Origin: Cyanobacteria bacterium P01_A01_bin.123
GTDB taxonomy: Bacteria > Cyanobacteriota > Cyanobacteriia > Phormidesmidales > Phormidesmidaceae
NCBI GenBank assembly: GCA_039815185.1
Contig: JBCBZT010000007.1
Location: 64,001 to 128,000, forward strand
Direction: 5' to 3'
DNA: 64,000 bases
The first letter of the stretch is position 1. Each line of letters starts with the position of its first letter. A program made the translations under genes and the position numbers. Below are positions 38,359 to 50,300 of the stretch, piece after piece. A model generated the notes under the pieces. It had not been told where the DNA came from, ran no database searches, and saw only the letters and a program-made list of their open reading frames with translations.

Positions 38359-39366
38359 ATGGTTCAAGCGCCCAATCTTACGTCGATCTCCAACGTTACA
38401 CCGTTCGATCAAAAACTCGATACGCCCCTTGCCAAAACTGCCATTAGCGTTTTGCAAATCAATCTAGGGCGCCGCTGCAATCTCGCGTGCACCCACTGTC
38501 ATGTAGAGGCAGGGCCAAATCGTACTGAAGAGCTGACCCCTGAAATCTGTGATCAACTGATTGAGCTGATCCACCGTTTTCCCCAAATTGAAACGGTAGA
38601 TTTAACCGGGGGGGCACCGGAGATGAATTATGGTTTTCGTCCTTTGGTAGAAGCGGCTAAGCAGACTGACAAAGAAGTAATTGTGCGCTCTAATCTGACG
38701 ATTTTCTTTGAACCAGGCTTTGCAGATCTGCCCGAATATTTTGTGAACCAGCAGGTCAGAGTGGTGGCTTCCCTACCCTGTTACCTGCAGGACAATGTTG
38801 ACAAACAACGGGGAGCTGGAGTTTATGATGCATCTGTACATGCCATTCAACGCCTCAATGCTCTAGGCTATGGCAGAGATCCGGCCTTGATGCTTGACTT
38901 GGTTTACAATCCGCCAGTGCCTCGCAATGATCAGTTTTCGTTGACGCCTGACCAAGTTGGTTTAACCCAAGACTATCGCCGTTATCTGGCTGAACATTTC
39001 GGCATTGTGTTCAATCAACTGTTTACGATTACAAATTTGCCCATCGGTCGCGTGAAGCAATATTTGCTATCGAAAGAACTGTATCAGCCTTATCTCCGGT
39101 TTTTAGAAGCGAATTTTAACAGCGATACAGTAGGCCACCTAATGTGCCGCAATGAGCTATCGATTGATTATCTAGGCAATGTATACGATTGTGACTTTAA
39201 TCAAATGGCTCAGATTCCTGCAATGACGCCCGCAGGACAGCCGATGACGGTAAAAACCCTGCTAGAGGCAGACAGTCTAGATTTGATCGAAACGATTAAA
39301 ACGGCTCCCTATTGCTATGGATGTACCGCTGGAAGCGGTTCTAGCTGTGGTGGTTCACTGGTTTGA
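38359..39366 (+). CDS. arsS: Radical SAM protein, arsenosugar biosynthesis ArsS family
   Basis: LQINLGRRCNLACTHCHVEAGP, DLTGGAPE, ASLPCY, YDCDFNQ, CYGCTAGSGSSCGG. Confidence 0.85.
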   Translation: MVQAPNLTSISNVTPFDQKLDTPLAKTAISVLQINLGRRCNLACTHCHVEAGPNRTEELTPEICDQLIELIHRFPQIETVDLTGGAPEMNYGFRPLVEAAKQTDKEVIVRSNLTIFFEPGFADLPEYFVNQQVRVVASLPCYLQDNVDKQRGAGVYDASVHAIQRLNALGYGRDPALMLDLVYNPPVPRNDQFSLTPDQVGLTQDYRRYLAEHFGIVFNQLFTITNLPIGRVKQYLLSKELYQPYLRFLEANFNSDTVGHLMCRNELSIDYLGNVYDCDFNQMAQIPAMTPAGQPMTVKTLLEADSLDLIETIKTAPYCYGCTAGSGSSCGGSLV

Positions 39367-39452
39367 GTAGGACTTACCGCGTCAACCAATGTACTAGTGG
39401 TTCGTTAAAATGCCCATCGAGGGATATTTCTCAATTGCCAAGCTTTTTAGAC

Positions 39453-39731
39453 CTATTCTGCTGGCTTGGGGCGGAAGATCCCTTTTCGGGTGACGAAATC
39501 TAGAATGAGTCCTACGGCAAAGGCCACGATCATGGCCCCGACCACCAGCATCAAAATCGTGAACTTGGGATAGTAATAGCCATCAAACAGTTGAAGTTGC
39601 CACTCAACTAGGTAGGCTGCTGGATACTGCTGGACAAACATGCCATAAATGAGCCAGCCTGATAAGCTCAGCCAAAGTAAAATCACAAGTTTACGAGCGA
39701 ACGGGCTAAAGATGGATTGTGATTGTGCCAT
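39453..39731 (-). CDS. Small two-TM membrane protein
   Basis: Two hydrophobic helices; GGAGG upstream of the ATG. Confidence 0.7.
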   Translation of the reverse strand: MAQSQSIFSPFARKLVILLWLSLSGWLIYGMFVQQYPAAYLVEWQLQLFDGYYYPKFTILMLVVGAMIVAFAVGLILDFVTRKGIFRPKPAE

Positions 39732-39897
39732 GGCAAAACCTCCGCTATCAGTCTAAGGTGCCCTTTTAACCACAGGAGTTAGCGCAGTGATTTCAGACAG
39801 TGGGCCAATTGACCCATATTGAATTGCCGCAAATTACCTCAATCAGGCCAGAATAAGGGGGCACACATGCTGTCGTGACCGTTTTAGGAGGCTTGCT

Positions 39898-40491
39898 ATC
39901 TACGCCCGTCCCCTTGCTCGATTAATTGAAGAGTTTCAAAAGCTGCCTGGCGTTGGGCCAAAAACTGCCCAGCGTCTTGCTCTACACATACTCAAACGCC
40001 CTGAAGCTGAAGTTAAAGCTCTGGCAATGGCCCTAATGGAAGCTAAGCTGCAGGTGGGCCAATGTTCAATATGTTTTCATCTGTCGGCAGAAGCGGTGTG
40101 CGATATTTGTCGTTCAACCAGCCGCGATCGCCATACGCTCTGTGTCGTCTCAGACTCTCGTGACGTGATTGCTTTAGAAAAAACCCGTGAGTACAGAGGT
40201 CGCTACCATGTCCTGGGCGGGTTAATTTCGCCAATGGAGGGGATTGGGCCAGAGCAGCTCAACATTAGCCCTTTAATTCATCGCGTCAATAAAGAAGACA
40301 TCCAAGAAGTCATTCTCGCCATTAGCCCTAGTATTGAAGGCGACACCACGACCCTATATGTCGGGCAGCTACTCAAGCCCTTTACACGGGTAACCCGCAT
40401 TGCCTTTGGCTTACCCATGGGCGGCGATCTCGAATATGCTGACGAAGTTACGCTGGCAAGAGCTTTGGAAGGTCGGCGGGAATTAGATTAA
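39898..40491 (+). CDS. recR: Recombination mediator RecR (apparent ATC start)
   Basis: In-frame [31 protein letters not shown] upstream of the listed ORF; C4 zinc finger; [28 protein letters not shown]. Confidence 0.93.
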   Translation: MYARPLARLIEEFQKLPGVGPKTAQRLALHILKRPEAEVKALAMALMEAKLQVGQCSICFHLSAEAVCDICRSTSRDRHTLCVVSDSRDVIALEKTREYRGRYHVLGGLISPMEGIGPEQLNISPLIHRVNKEDIQEVILAISPSIEGDTTTLYVGQLLKPFTRVTRIAFGLPMGGDLEYADEVTLARALEGRRELD

Positions 40492-40494
40492 CCC

Positions 40495-41052
40495 CTACTT
40501 CAGCTTCTGCTTAACAAAGGCAAATACCTTGCCCAGTTGACCTCTGAGCTGAGCCACGTCAGCTTCCAGCTTGGCGACTTTGGCCTTGAGGGCTGCAATC
40601 TCAGCAGCAGATGCGCCATCCCCTGCGACGGCAGTAGCTGCGCTGACGGTAGCTGAGGCAGCTTTGGTGCGGGGCTTACGAGCTTTGACCATAGCCCTTT
40701 TAATGGCTTCGATCAGTTCTTTCTGCTCAAATGGCTTTTGGATAAATTCAAAGTACTCGAACGGTTCCGAGATTTTCTCGGTAACTTCTTCCCGACGTCC
40801 CGACATGACCACAAGCGGAATCGTTTGTAAATCGGGCTGTTTTTGGACTTCTTGAAAGACTTCCCAACCACTCATGCGGGGCAATAGGAAATCTAACATG
40901 ATGAGATTTGGCCGCTGATTGCGAATATTATCAAGCCCTTCAACGCCATCTTTGGCTTCCAGAACTTCAAAGTTGCCCTGGGGAAGCATATCTCTAACGC
41001 GCATCCGGATAACACGGCTATCGTCAATGACCAGAATCTTGTGACTTGCCAC
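40495..41052 (-). CDS. Response regulator receiver protein with coiled-coil tail
   Basis: KILVIDDS, LIMLDFLLPRMSG, VVMSG, IQKPF. Confidence 0.9.
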   Translation of the reverse strand: MASHKILVIDDSRVIRMRVRDMLPQGNFEVLEAKDGVEGLDNIRNQRPNLIMLDFLLPRMSGWEVFQEVQKQPDLQTIPLVVMSGRREEVTEKISEPFEYFEFIQKPFEQKELIEAIKRAMVKARKPRTKAASATVSAATAVAGDGASAAEIAALKAKVAKLEADVAQLRGQLGKVFAFVKQKLK

Positions 41053-41410
41053 AACCGACTCCTCTAAGGGGTGACTGAAAAATTAGATGGGTGAGCTAGG
41101 AACACCGCATGATTAAAGGGTTTGCCTAATGAATGGTAGCTTGGGTTGAACCAAAACCGCTGTCAGCATAGAAAGTTAATCTAACGCCAAACGATTGCTC
41201 AAATGCTCCCTATCCATCAGGATCTTAAACCCGTACGAACCATTGTCGCCCATGATATCCATTCTTGGAGATAACAGGAACTAGATTCTATAAACAGTAT
41301 GCCCATTTTCCTTAGACTCTAGACTGCCAAGGGGGACGGGGTTACTTCTGATCTGAGCATTAACCTCTGAGTCCTGATTAGAATCAAAGACAGCTATCAA
41401 TTTATTGCCC

Positions 41411-42355
41411 ATGTCTCAGCGGTCAAATAAGTCGTCTACTCCCGGTACTCAAGTCCAACAACGCCCTGATATTGTTCAACTGCCGCCTTGGTTGAGACGT
41501 TCTGTTGGCAAGGCGAGTGAACTATCTACGGTGCAGCGCATTATCAAGCAGCGTAATATCCATACGATTTGCGAGGAAGGGCGTTGTCCAAATCGGGGAG
41601 AATGTTATGCCAATAAGACAGCGACATTTTTGTTGATGGGCCCAACTTGCACCCGTTCCTGTGGCTTTTGCCAGGTCGATAAGGGTCATGCCCCGATGCC
41701 CCTTGACCCCCAAGAACCCAAACAAGTAGCAGAGTCTGTGCGCTTGCTGGGTTTGAAATATGTGGTGTTGACCTCTGTCGCACGGGATGACCTACCCGAT
41801 AAGGGAGCGAGTTGGTTTGTGAAAACAATGGTAGCGATTCGAGGGGTGGAACCCGATACCCAAATTGAAGTGTTAACACCCGATTTTTGGGGTGGCAATA
41901 CTGATCAAACACGCCAGTCGCTTGATGTTGCTCAACAGCAACGGGTCAAAATCGTAGCACAGGCTAAACCGACTTGCTTTAACCACAATATCGAAACGGT
42001 GCAGCGGCTTCAGGCTCCGGTGCGGCGAGGGGCTAAATATCAGCGATCGCTAGCGGTACTCCAGACTGTTAAAGCGGTTGATCCAAACATGCCGACTAAA
42101 TCAGGCTTGATGGTGGGACACGGTGAAACGGAATCCGAGTTGATTGAGGCTATGCAGGACTTAAGAGCCGTGGACTGCGATCGCCTCACGATTGGTCAAT
42201 ACATGCGCCCCTCTCTGGCCCATTTACCGGTGCAAAAATATTGGACGCCGGAGGAGTTTGATCACCTCGGTGCGATCGCTCGTGAATTAGGCTTTTCCCA
42301 CGTTCGATCGGGGCCGTTGGTGAGGAGTTCCTACCATGCGGGCGAAGCGGGGTAA
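41411..42355 (+). CDS. lipA: Lipoyl synthase
   Basis: [46 protein letters not shown]. Confidence 0.96.
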   Translation: MSQRSNKSSTPGTQVQQRPDIVQLPPWLRRSVGKASELSTVQRIIKQRNIHTICEEGRCPNRGECYANKTATFLLMGPTCTRSCGFCQVDKGHAPMPLDPQEPKQVAESVRLLGLKYVVLTSVARDDLPDKGASWFVKTMVAIRGVEPDTQIEVLTPDFWGGNTDQTRQSLDVAQQQRVKIVAQAKPTCFNHNIETVQRLQAPVRRGAKYQRSLAVLQTVKAVDPNMPTKSGLMVGHGETESELIEAMQDLRAVDCDRLTIGQYMRPSLAHLPVQKYWTPEEFDHLGAIARELGFSHVRSGPLVRSSYHAGEAG

Positions 42356-42386
42356 CTGAGAGATGAGGATAGGGGGGGAATGAGGT

Positions 42387-42515
42387 CTAAGATCGATTGC
42401 GATCGCGGCGGGATGTCCAGGGCCATCGGGTTCCCATTTCAGTCAGGGCTGAGCAGATTAAATAGACAATTAGCAGCCCTACTCCGATGAGAAAAGGCAT
42501 CAGGTCGTTTGGCAT
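42387..42515 (-). CDS. Putative 42-aa single-TM microprotein
   Basis: MPNDLMPFLIGVGLLIVYLICSALTEMGTRWPWTSRRDRNRS: one TM helix and a basic tail, in an otherwise empty gap. Confidence 0.5.
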   Translation of the reverse strand: MPNDLMPFLIGVGLLIVYLICSALTEMGTRWPWTSRRDRNRS

Positions 42516-42576
42516 TGTGTTTATATTGGGCAGGTGATCTAAGACAGGTCTGATAGGCTTAGCTATTAATTCAACC

Positions 42577-44370
42577 TTGAACTCACATTTCAACCTTCCG
42601 TTGTCTATGCCTTTATTGTCTACTCCCTTGTTACTGACACCCAAGGTGTTTCACGCTGCAGCTGCCCCGCTCCTTTGTGCTTTGTTGATTGTTGGCTGTG
42701 GTTCGGGTCAGCAAAATGTAACGGACGCCACCCCAGAGGTTAGCGCTGATAGCCAGGACACCACGCTGAAACTGCTATATTGGCAGGCACCGACGATTTT
42801 AAATCCCCACCTCACCAGCGGGTTCAAAGATTCTGAAGCCAGCCGCATCACCTTAGAACCCCTAGCCAGCTTTGATTCGGAGGGAGACATTGAACTGTTT
42901 TTGGCCGCAGAGGAACCCACGTTAGAAAACGGCGGATTGTCTGAAGACGGTAAATCAGTCACCTGGAAGCTGAGGCAGGATATCACCTGGTCAGACGGAA
43001 CGCCCTTCACGGCTGAGGATGTGGTCTTTACCTACGAATTTATTAGCAATCCAGAAGTTGGAACGACTACGGCGGGCAGCTATGAAGTTGTGGAAGTTGT
43101 AGAAGCTCTAGACGAACACACGGTGAAAGTCACCTTTCAAGACGTCAACCCTGCCTGGTATCTAGTATTCATGGGTACTGAGGGCATGATTTTGCCCAAA
43201 CATCTCTATCAGGATTATCTGGGGGCAAATGCTCGCGAAGCGCCCGCAAATCTGATGCCTGTGGGTACTGGGCCGTATCGTGTAACGGAGTTTAAACCTG
43301 GAGATACGGTAATTTATGAAGCCAATCCTGATTATCGTGACGCAGCGGATCTTTTCTTTCAGCGAGTGGAGTTGAAAGGTGGAGGTGATGCCACGTCGGC
43401 AGCGCGGGCAGTGTTGCAAACAGGCGATGCTGATTTTGCCTACAACATTCAGGTAGAAGCCCCGGTGCTGAAGCAGCTTGAATCGGCAGGGCAGGGGCAA
43501 GTGCTGACGGCATTTGGATCTCTGGCCGAACGCATTGTGTTGAATTTTACTGACCCGAATCAAGAAACTTCAGAGGGTGAGCGATCTAGCCTGGCGTTTC
43601 CCCATCCTTTTTTTAGCGATATTCAGGTGAGACAGGCGTTTAACCTGGCGATCGATCGCGAGACCATTACAGAACAGCTATATGGCTCTGCGGGACAAGC
43701 CACGGCTGATTTCTTAGTTGCCCCCGATCAATTTCGGTCTACGAATACTGACTATCAGTTTGACTTAGATCTGGCGGCAGAACTGTTGAATAAAGCGGGT
43801 TGGGTGGATACGGATGGTAACGGTATTCGCGATCAAGATGGGGTAGAAATGAGCGTGGTATTTCAAACCTCCGTGAATCCGGTACGGCAAAAGACTCAGG
43901 AAATCATTAAACAGTCCTTGGAATCCATTGGCGTTGAAGTCGAACTCAGAAGCATTGATCCCACCATTTATTTTTCTGGAGATCCAGCCAGTACAGAAAC
44001 GGTGGAGCATTTCTACGCCGACATGCAGATGTTCATGACGGGTAACACCAACCCTGACCCGAGCGCTTATATGAAAGCCTATACCTGCGATGAGGCTACT
44101 CAGAAGGCCAACAACTGGTCAAAGCAAAACTATGCTCGCTACTGTAATCCGGTGTACGACGATTTGTGGCTCCGATCCACGACAGAACTCGATCCTGACA
44201 AGCGCGCTGATTTATTTGTTCAAATGAACGACTTGTTGGTTCAAGAAGCAGTTGTGCTGCCTATCGTTCATCGGGCCGATGTTGATGCCGTTAGCGATCG
44301 CCTCACAGGCGTCATCACCACCCCTTGGGATCTACATACCTGGAAGATTGGAGAATGGGCCAGACCGTGA
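42577..44370 (+). CDS. Peptide ABC transporter substrate-binding lipoprotein (family 5)
   Basis: Lipobox IVGC, WQAPTILNPH, WSDGTPFTAEDVVFT, PVGTGPY. The start may be ATG 42608. Confidence 0.9.
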   Translation: MNSHFNLPLSMPLLSTPLLLTPKVFHAAAAPLLCALLIVGCGSGQQNVTDATPEVSADSQDTTLKLLYWQAPTILNPHLTSGFKDSEASRITLEPLASFDSEGDIELFLAAEEPTLENGGLSEDGKSVTWKLRQDITWSDGTPFTAEDVVFTYEFISNPEVGTTTAGSYEVVEVVEALDEHTVKVTFQDVNPAWYLVFMGTEGMILPKHLYQDYLGANAREAPANLMPVGTGPYRVTEFKPGDTVIYEANPDYRDAADLFFQRVELKGGGDATSAARAVLQTGDADFAYNIQVEAPVLKQLESAGQGQVLTAFGSLAERIVLNFTDPNQETSEGERSSLAFPHPFFSDIQVRQAFNLAIDRETITEQLYGSAGQATADFLVAPDQFRSTNTDYQFDLDLAAELLNKAGWVDTDGNGIRDQDGVEMSVVFQTSVNPVRQKTQEIIKQSLESIGVEVELRSIDPTIYFSGDPASTETVEHFYADMQMFMTGNTNPDPSAYMKAYTCDEATQKANNWSKQNYARYCNPVYDDLWLRSTTELDPDKRADLFVQMNDLLVQEAVVLPIVHRADVDAVSDRLTGVITTPWDLHTWKIGEWARP

Positions 44371-44385
44371 TGATACTTGGTCCCT

Positions 44386-47300
44386 TCACTGAATCACGCG
44401 CGTGCCCAAGTGAGCAATCAATGGCTCTTCTAACTGCTGCTGCTTACCCGCAAGCAAGGTGTCTAAGTGCTGGGCTAACCGTTCTGCTTGATCTGGGTTG
44501 GGCACATAGGTCTGTCCGCCCTGTTTTGTAAATAAGGGCTGACTGACTAAGGAGCGATACAACTCTATTTCTGCAGGGGAGGCGCTGAGCAAGGCTTGAT
44601 CGGCCTCTGTGGGCACCATGCCAGGTGGTAGGTGGCCTTCGAGTAAGGCCAGCAGATGCATTTGGCATGCTTGAGTATTCAGACCTTGTTGTTCCAAACG
44701 ATGCATGATGCCGCTCACGGGCAAGGGCATTTCAGGCAGATGACGCAGCAGTTCCCGCAGGAGAAAATAATCGCTGTACTGCTGGCGGGTAATGTCAAGT
44801 ACGTTAGGATAGCGAGCTAGATTTACCAACCCGTAGGCTACGCGGCTACAGCTGGCTGGGCGATCGCTAGGATAGGTATCTTGAATAATGGTGGCGTTGG
44901 GGAATTTTTGTCGTAGCCAGCGGGCAAAAGCCGGTAATGAAGCCGAGCCGCCAGTGCAAATGACTTGATTGATGCCCTGGGCTGACAACCCAGTTTTGGT
45001 CAACAGCATATTGATATGGCGATTAACGTGTTGAATGTAGGGCAAAAAGATCTGGCTTTCTAATTCGCGTCGTCGAATGGTCCAACGCTGATTTCCGAGT
45101 TCGAGCTGAAACTGGCCTTGATGCTGCAAAATCAGCTTCAGGTAGCGGGCCGCCTCCATCAGACTTTGACCTAGTAGGGATCCTTCGAGGTGCTGTTGGA
45201 GTTGCCGCCGCCGAATTAAGTCGGGTTCACCGGCTCTAGGCAGAGTCAAATTCTCAAGCTGGAGACTGTCCCAATCTGCCTCTGTAATTGTGGGTAGGTT
45301 GGGTTGCCAATTCCAGCCCCCTGAAGCGTAGCGGTTGAAGGGGTTGGGGGGGGTATCTCCTCGACCATTACCAGTTTGACGATTGCCTGCAGGCAATAGC
45401 AGTTGGCAGATGATGTCTTGGTCAATGGCATCCCCAGCATAGTTAAGCGTTTTGAGGGCAAAGTCTGAATAGGCTAGGGTACTGAGTTGATTAGGCAAGT
45501 CAACTAAGGCAAGTTCGGTCAGCGTTGCCCCGGCACAAATTACGACCGTACCTCCCTGCCAATTGGAGTTGTAGAGGGCTTGTTGACGCGCTGGGCTAGT
45601 GGATGCTTCTGCCTCGACCTTGGCTGGATTGGGTAGCCCAGAGAGTACCGTCGCGATCGCCTCCTCAATAAAAAAGATTTGATCGGGTTGGGTCACCAGC
45701 CCTGTGGCCAAAATTGCCTCGCGCAGATTGAACCCATAGGTGTCGGGCCAGTTAGGTGGATACCCCACAATAACGCCAGTCAGCTGTTGCAGAACCATTC
45801 GCAGGGGCATTGCCTCTAACCCCAGAGCGGCACAGGTATTGGGAGTTTGTAGGTTTTGCAATAAATCGCTGAGCCCGGCTTGGACAAGCTGTAACGAAAT
45901 CTGATGCTCAGGCGACCATTGCACGGTTGGCTGCCAATCGCTACTACTGCTTGACCGATGGGGAATGCCAACCTTGAGCAGCGGTTTTAGCTGCCGCAGA
46001 AGCAACCCGCCAGAGGCCATTTCTGTCGCAGGTTGAGCACTGCGCTGCCAAGCGGTCTGAATCGCGGCCAGCCCCGAGGCTTGAATCTGCCACTGGCTTG
46101 ATGATTGCGCTTGGGCTGGTGTCAAGTCAACAATGGCAGGCAATCGGAAAATTCGCTCTGGGGCATCTGCCTCTGGGCTTAGGTTGTGCCAGTATATCGG
46201 ATACACTTCATCGGTCACCTGATCAAGCAACACCACTGATAGCCCCGTCGTACCAAAATCAATGCCTAAAAACCAGGCATGGTTTGGATCAACAGTCCGA
46301 GCCAGAGGCGCAGGCGGTTCCGCGATCGCGGGTTCCATGGTACTTTCAGTTGCCGCTGCGATTGCCTCCACGGGCAGGTCTAGTCCTTCAGGGGCAGCTA
46401 CGCCAATGTCCATCGCGTTGGGCGCTGCTTCTGGGGAAAGTAGAGAATCCGTTTCTGTTGGAATGGTGTCTTCTACTTCTGGTAAATCCAGGGGAGGGTT
46501 GCCAACTTCAGGCAGGGGCGTTCTTAACTCAGGCGCGAGTTCAGCGTCATCTAAAGCTGCTGGCGGTGTAAGGTCAAGGTCAGTGGTTTGAGACGGATCG
46601 GGTGAGTTGTTCCCCAATTCAATTGGTTCGAATTCGATCGGTTCGTCTGTTGCTAAGGTATCGCCCAAGGGAGCGATGTCAATATCTTCGATTTCGATGT
46701 CTTCAATTTCAATATCTTCGATCTCAAACTCAATCGTCGGACTGGTAAGGTCGCTAAAGTCAGGGTCTGGCAAATCGGTGAAGGGACTTGTCAGTGTGTC
46801 CTCGTCGAGCGATAGATCCTCAAAATCTAGATTATCTAGGCTGGGTGTCGTGGGCGGAGCAATGTCTGTAGTCTCAAGCTCAGAAACAGACTGATTGGCC
46901 TCGTTAAAATCAGGCAAATCTGTGGGTGGAGGGGCTACATCAGGTGGATTGACTTCAACCGTTTCAAGATCCGTCAGAGCTTCAAAGTCAGGCAGATTTA
47001 ATTCAGTGGTGGCAGACTGATCCGTATCATCAAAGTCAAGCAAGCTCTGATCAGCATCCGTCGATTGATCGATTTCATTCTGGTCAAAGTCAGGCAGGGT
47101 TAATTCAGGGAGCTCAGCTAGTAAATCATCTGCATTAGGCTCTGTAGATAGTCCCTCAGACCCCACGGAGAGTTCTTGGGCTAGTTCTGCTGGTAACTCC
47201 AGATCAGTGGAGAAATCGGCCATGACATCGTCAGGAATGGTAGGTTCAATGACCTGCTCATCTAGATCGTCTGACGGCATGATGTCGAGGTCTGAGGTAT

Positions 47301-50300
47301 CTCCCAAAGACTCAAGGGAAAAGGCTGGCGCTTCACCCGTATCGTCTAGTGGACTGTCGAGATCTGGGTTCTCTTCCAAAGACTCAAGGGAAAAGTCTGA
47401 CACTTCATCGGCATTGTCTGATGGAATGGTGTCGAGATCTGGGGTGTCTTCCAAAGACTCAAGGGAAAAATCTGACGCCTCATTTGTGTCGTCTGGTGGA
47501 AGGTCGTCTGGTGGAATAAGGTCGAGATCTGAGATGTTTTCTAAAGACTCAAAGGAAAAGTCTGGCGCTTCATCTGTGTCGTCCGGTGGAATAACGTTGA
47601 GATCTGTATTCTCTTCCAAAGCCTCAAGAGAAAAGTCTGACGCTTCATCGGCATTATCTGATGGAATGATGTCGAGATCCGGGGTGCCTTCCAAAGCCTC
47701 AAAGGAAAAGTCTGGCGCTTCATCTGTGTCGTTCGGTGGAATAACGTCGAGATCTGTATTCTCTTCCAAAGCCTCAAGGGAAAAGTCTAACGCTTCATCT
47801 GTGTTGTCTGATGGAAGGTTGTCTGGTGGAATAATGTCGAGATCTATGTTCTCTTCCAAAGACTCAAAGGAAAAGTCTGGGGCTGTTCTTTCCTCAGGTG
47901 AGATATCATCTGACTCACTGGCAGCAGGCTGCTCGGAGATACTGATGGGGTCATCTAGACCTACAGACTCGATGGTTTCTGATGCACCATCGGCACCAAA
48001 GGGATCAAGATTATCGAGATCAAGATTATCCAGAAGATTCGTGATTTCTGCCTCGGACTGCTCATCCGTATCTGACGGGCGATCGCTATCAGCCAAATCA
48101 AGATCGGGTAGGGTAAAGTCGCTGTCGTCTAACCCCTCTAGGGATAAATCGGGCAGATCATTGGCATCCCCTACAGAATCGGGCTCTAAAGTTTCTTCAT
48201 CAGTGTCGTTACCCTCTGTGTCAGAGGCTTCTGCGTCAATTAACGCTTGAAGCGTCAAGCCTTCTGATTCAAGGGGGAATGATGATGCCTCTACTGGCGC
48301 TTCTGTCGTTAACGCATCTAACAAATTGGCGACATTGTCTTCAGTAGAGATCGATGGATCATCAGTGGAGTCTGACTCAAAAGCTGCTTCCTGAGATACT
48401 TCAACTTCCGAGATTTCTGGTTCGATTAGGGCTGAAGATCCAGTTTCGAGTAAATCTGGCTCAAAATCCTCAAAATCTAAGAGATCGGCTGCTGCGGGAA
48501 TTTCATCAGGTACTTCAGACTCGGTATCAGGGATCAAATCACCGAGATTGAAGGGCTGATCGCTTGCTTCGATAGCGCTGGGTTCAGTGAGGTCAGCTAG
48601 CAAATCACCCCCTTCATCTGCTAGGGGTGATGCCAAATCTGTCTCAGCGTCTGTTTCGATTGGCAAATTGTCTAGGCTAAAAGACTCATCAATCTCTTCG
48701 GACGGAACCTCTACATCAGTGTCTGAAAGTGCCGCTTCTGAATCAGTTAAATCTGAAAGCGTCCAGGTTGCTTCATTGGATTCTACGCCGAGGGTTTCAG
48801 ACACCAAGGTTTCTGATGTGAGTGCCTCTGGTTCTAATGTACCGGGTTGCACTGTTTCTTGGCGAGCTTCTGGAACGGCGATGGCGTTATCGTCCCCATC
48901 ATCATTATTCTCAAAGTCGACTGGGGGCGCTTCACTAGAACTATCGGTAATCCCGCCCTCATCGTCAAATTCGAGTAGATCACTGTCGAGGTTGGCTAAG
49001 TTTTCTGCAATCGGATCATCGGTAAAACGCTCTTCTTCTAAAGACTCCAGTGGATGGTTATTAAGGTCTACTAAAGGTTCCTCTGAAGACTGAGCTGGCT
49101 CAACTGCTTCATCGGTAGGCTGAGGTGCTTCAAAAGTTTCACCCAAAACGTCGGCGTCGGTGTCTAATGGGTCAACAACAGGCGGCTCAGTTGGTAAGCC
49201 TAACCCTTCAAATCCTGGTTGCTCTAATTCTTCTAACCCTTCTAAACCCAATAGATCTTCGTTTAGAGCCTGTAATACTGACTCATCAAGGGAAATATTG
49301 AGATCAACATTCTCGTCATCATTGGAAATTGCATCATCCGAGAGCAACCGTTCTTCTGGTGGCGCAGGAATGAACCCTTCTTCCGTCCAAGATTCTTCGC
49401 TGGGATCTGTGGATAGTTCAGTGTCTAAAGCATCTAGCAGTTCCGTCGCTGAGAGCAAACGGTTGCCGGAGTCTGCATCCGCATTTTCTGGGAGTAAGTC
49501 GGTCAATGATTCGATGACCTCCGAAGGTGGAGGTACGGTTTCATCGAGGGGCGTATCTGCCCCAGCCTCGCCGAAGAAAGAGTCTATCCCTGTGGTTTCA
49601 AGGGGCGTCTCGATGTTCGCCTCAGCGGATGCGCTCTCAGTGACAGGGGCTTCTTCTGCTTGAACACCGTCGAATAAAAGGGTATCCAATGCGGGAGGAG
49701 AGACTAATTCATTGTTTATTGCGCTAGAATCATCGATTTTGATTTCTGCAGCTTCAATTTCCGCCGTTTCCAAGGAGGGCTCTAATGGCGCATCATCCTC
49801 CTCAGAGTCTGAATTTTCAACCAGGGGCAGTCTCAAATCATCGGTTTCGACTCCCAGGGTTTGGGTATCCGTTAGATCTGATGGGTCGGAGTCTGGGAAT
49901 AGGGTTTCATCGCTCGCTTCAGCGGTACTCGGGATATTCGAGCTGCTATCTTCTGCTACAGAATCATCGGTGGGCTGAGTTTGAGGGTTAGGTGCGATCG
50001 CCGATGGGCCAAATAAACTTTCATAGAACGCATCAATATCTTCAGTTTGTTGGGCATCCCTAATGTCCGGGGGAGTCCCGATTTCGATGACGGTTTCGTC
50101 GTCGTCATCTTGATTCAGCAACGACAGAAGTGTGTCGTCCTGTTCCGCTTTTGCAGTCTCGTCACTGCTTTGACGGACGACGCCTTCATCGCTCACTTGG
50201 AAAACGGTAATGTCTTCGTCATCATCGAGCTGAAACTGGGTGATTTCTTCATCGAGTTGAAGCAACGTCATGTCTTCAGTCTCGATGTCAGCATCAAGGT

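Noticed and set aside
47255..47880. CRISPR-like array (conserved ~26-bp core every ~75 bp)
   Set aside because: The spacers are homologous to each other, unit lengths are multiples of 3, the array lies in frame within a large ORF, and there are no cas genes.
47207..49978. Long Ser-rich plus-strand ORFs (347, 168, 167 aa)
   Set aside because: Antisense shadows of the Asp/Glu-rich gene.
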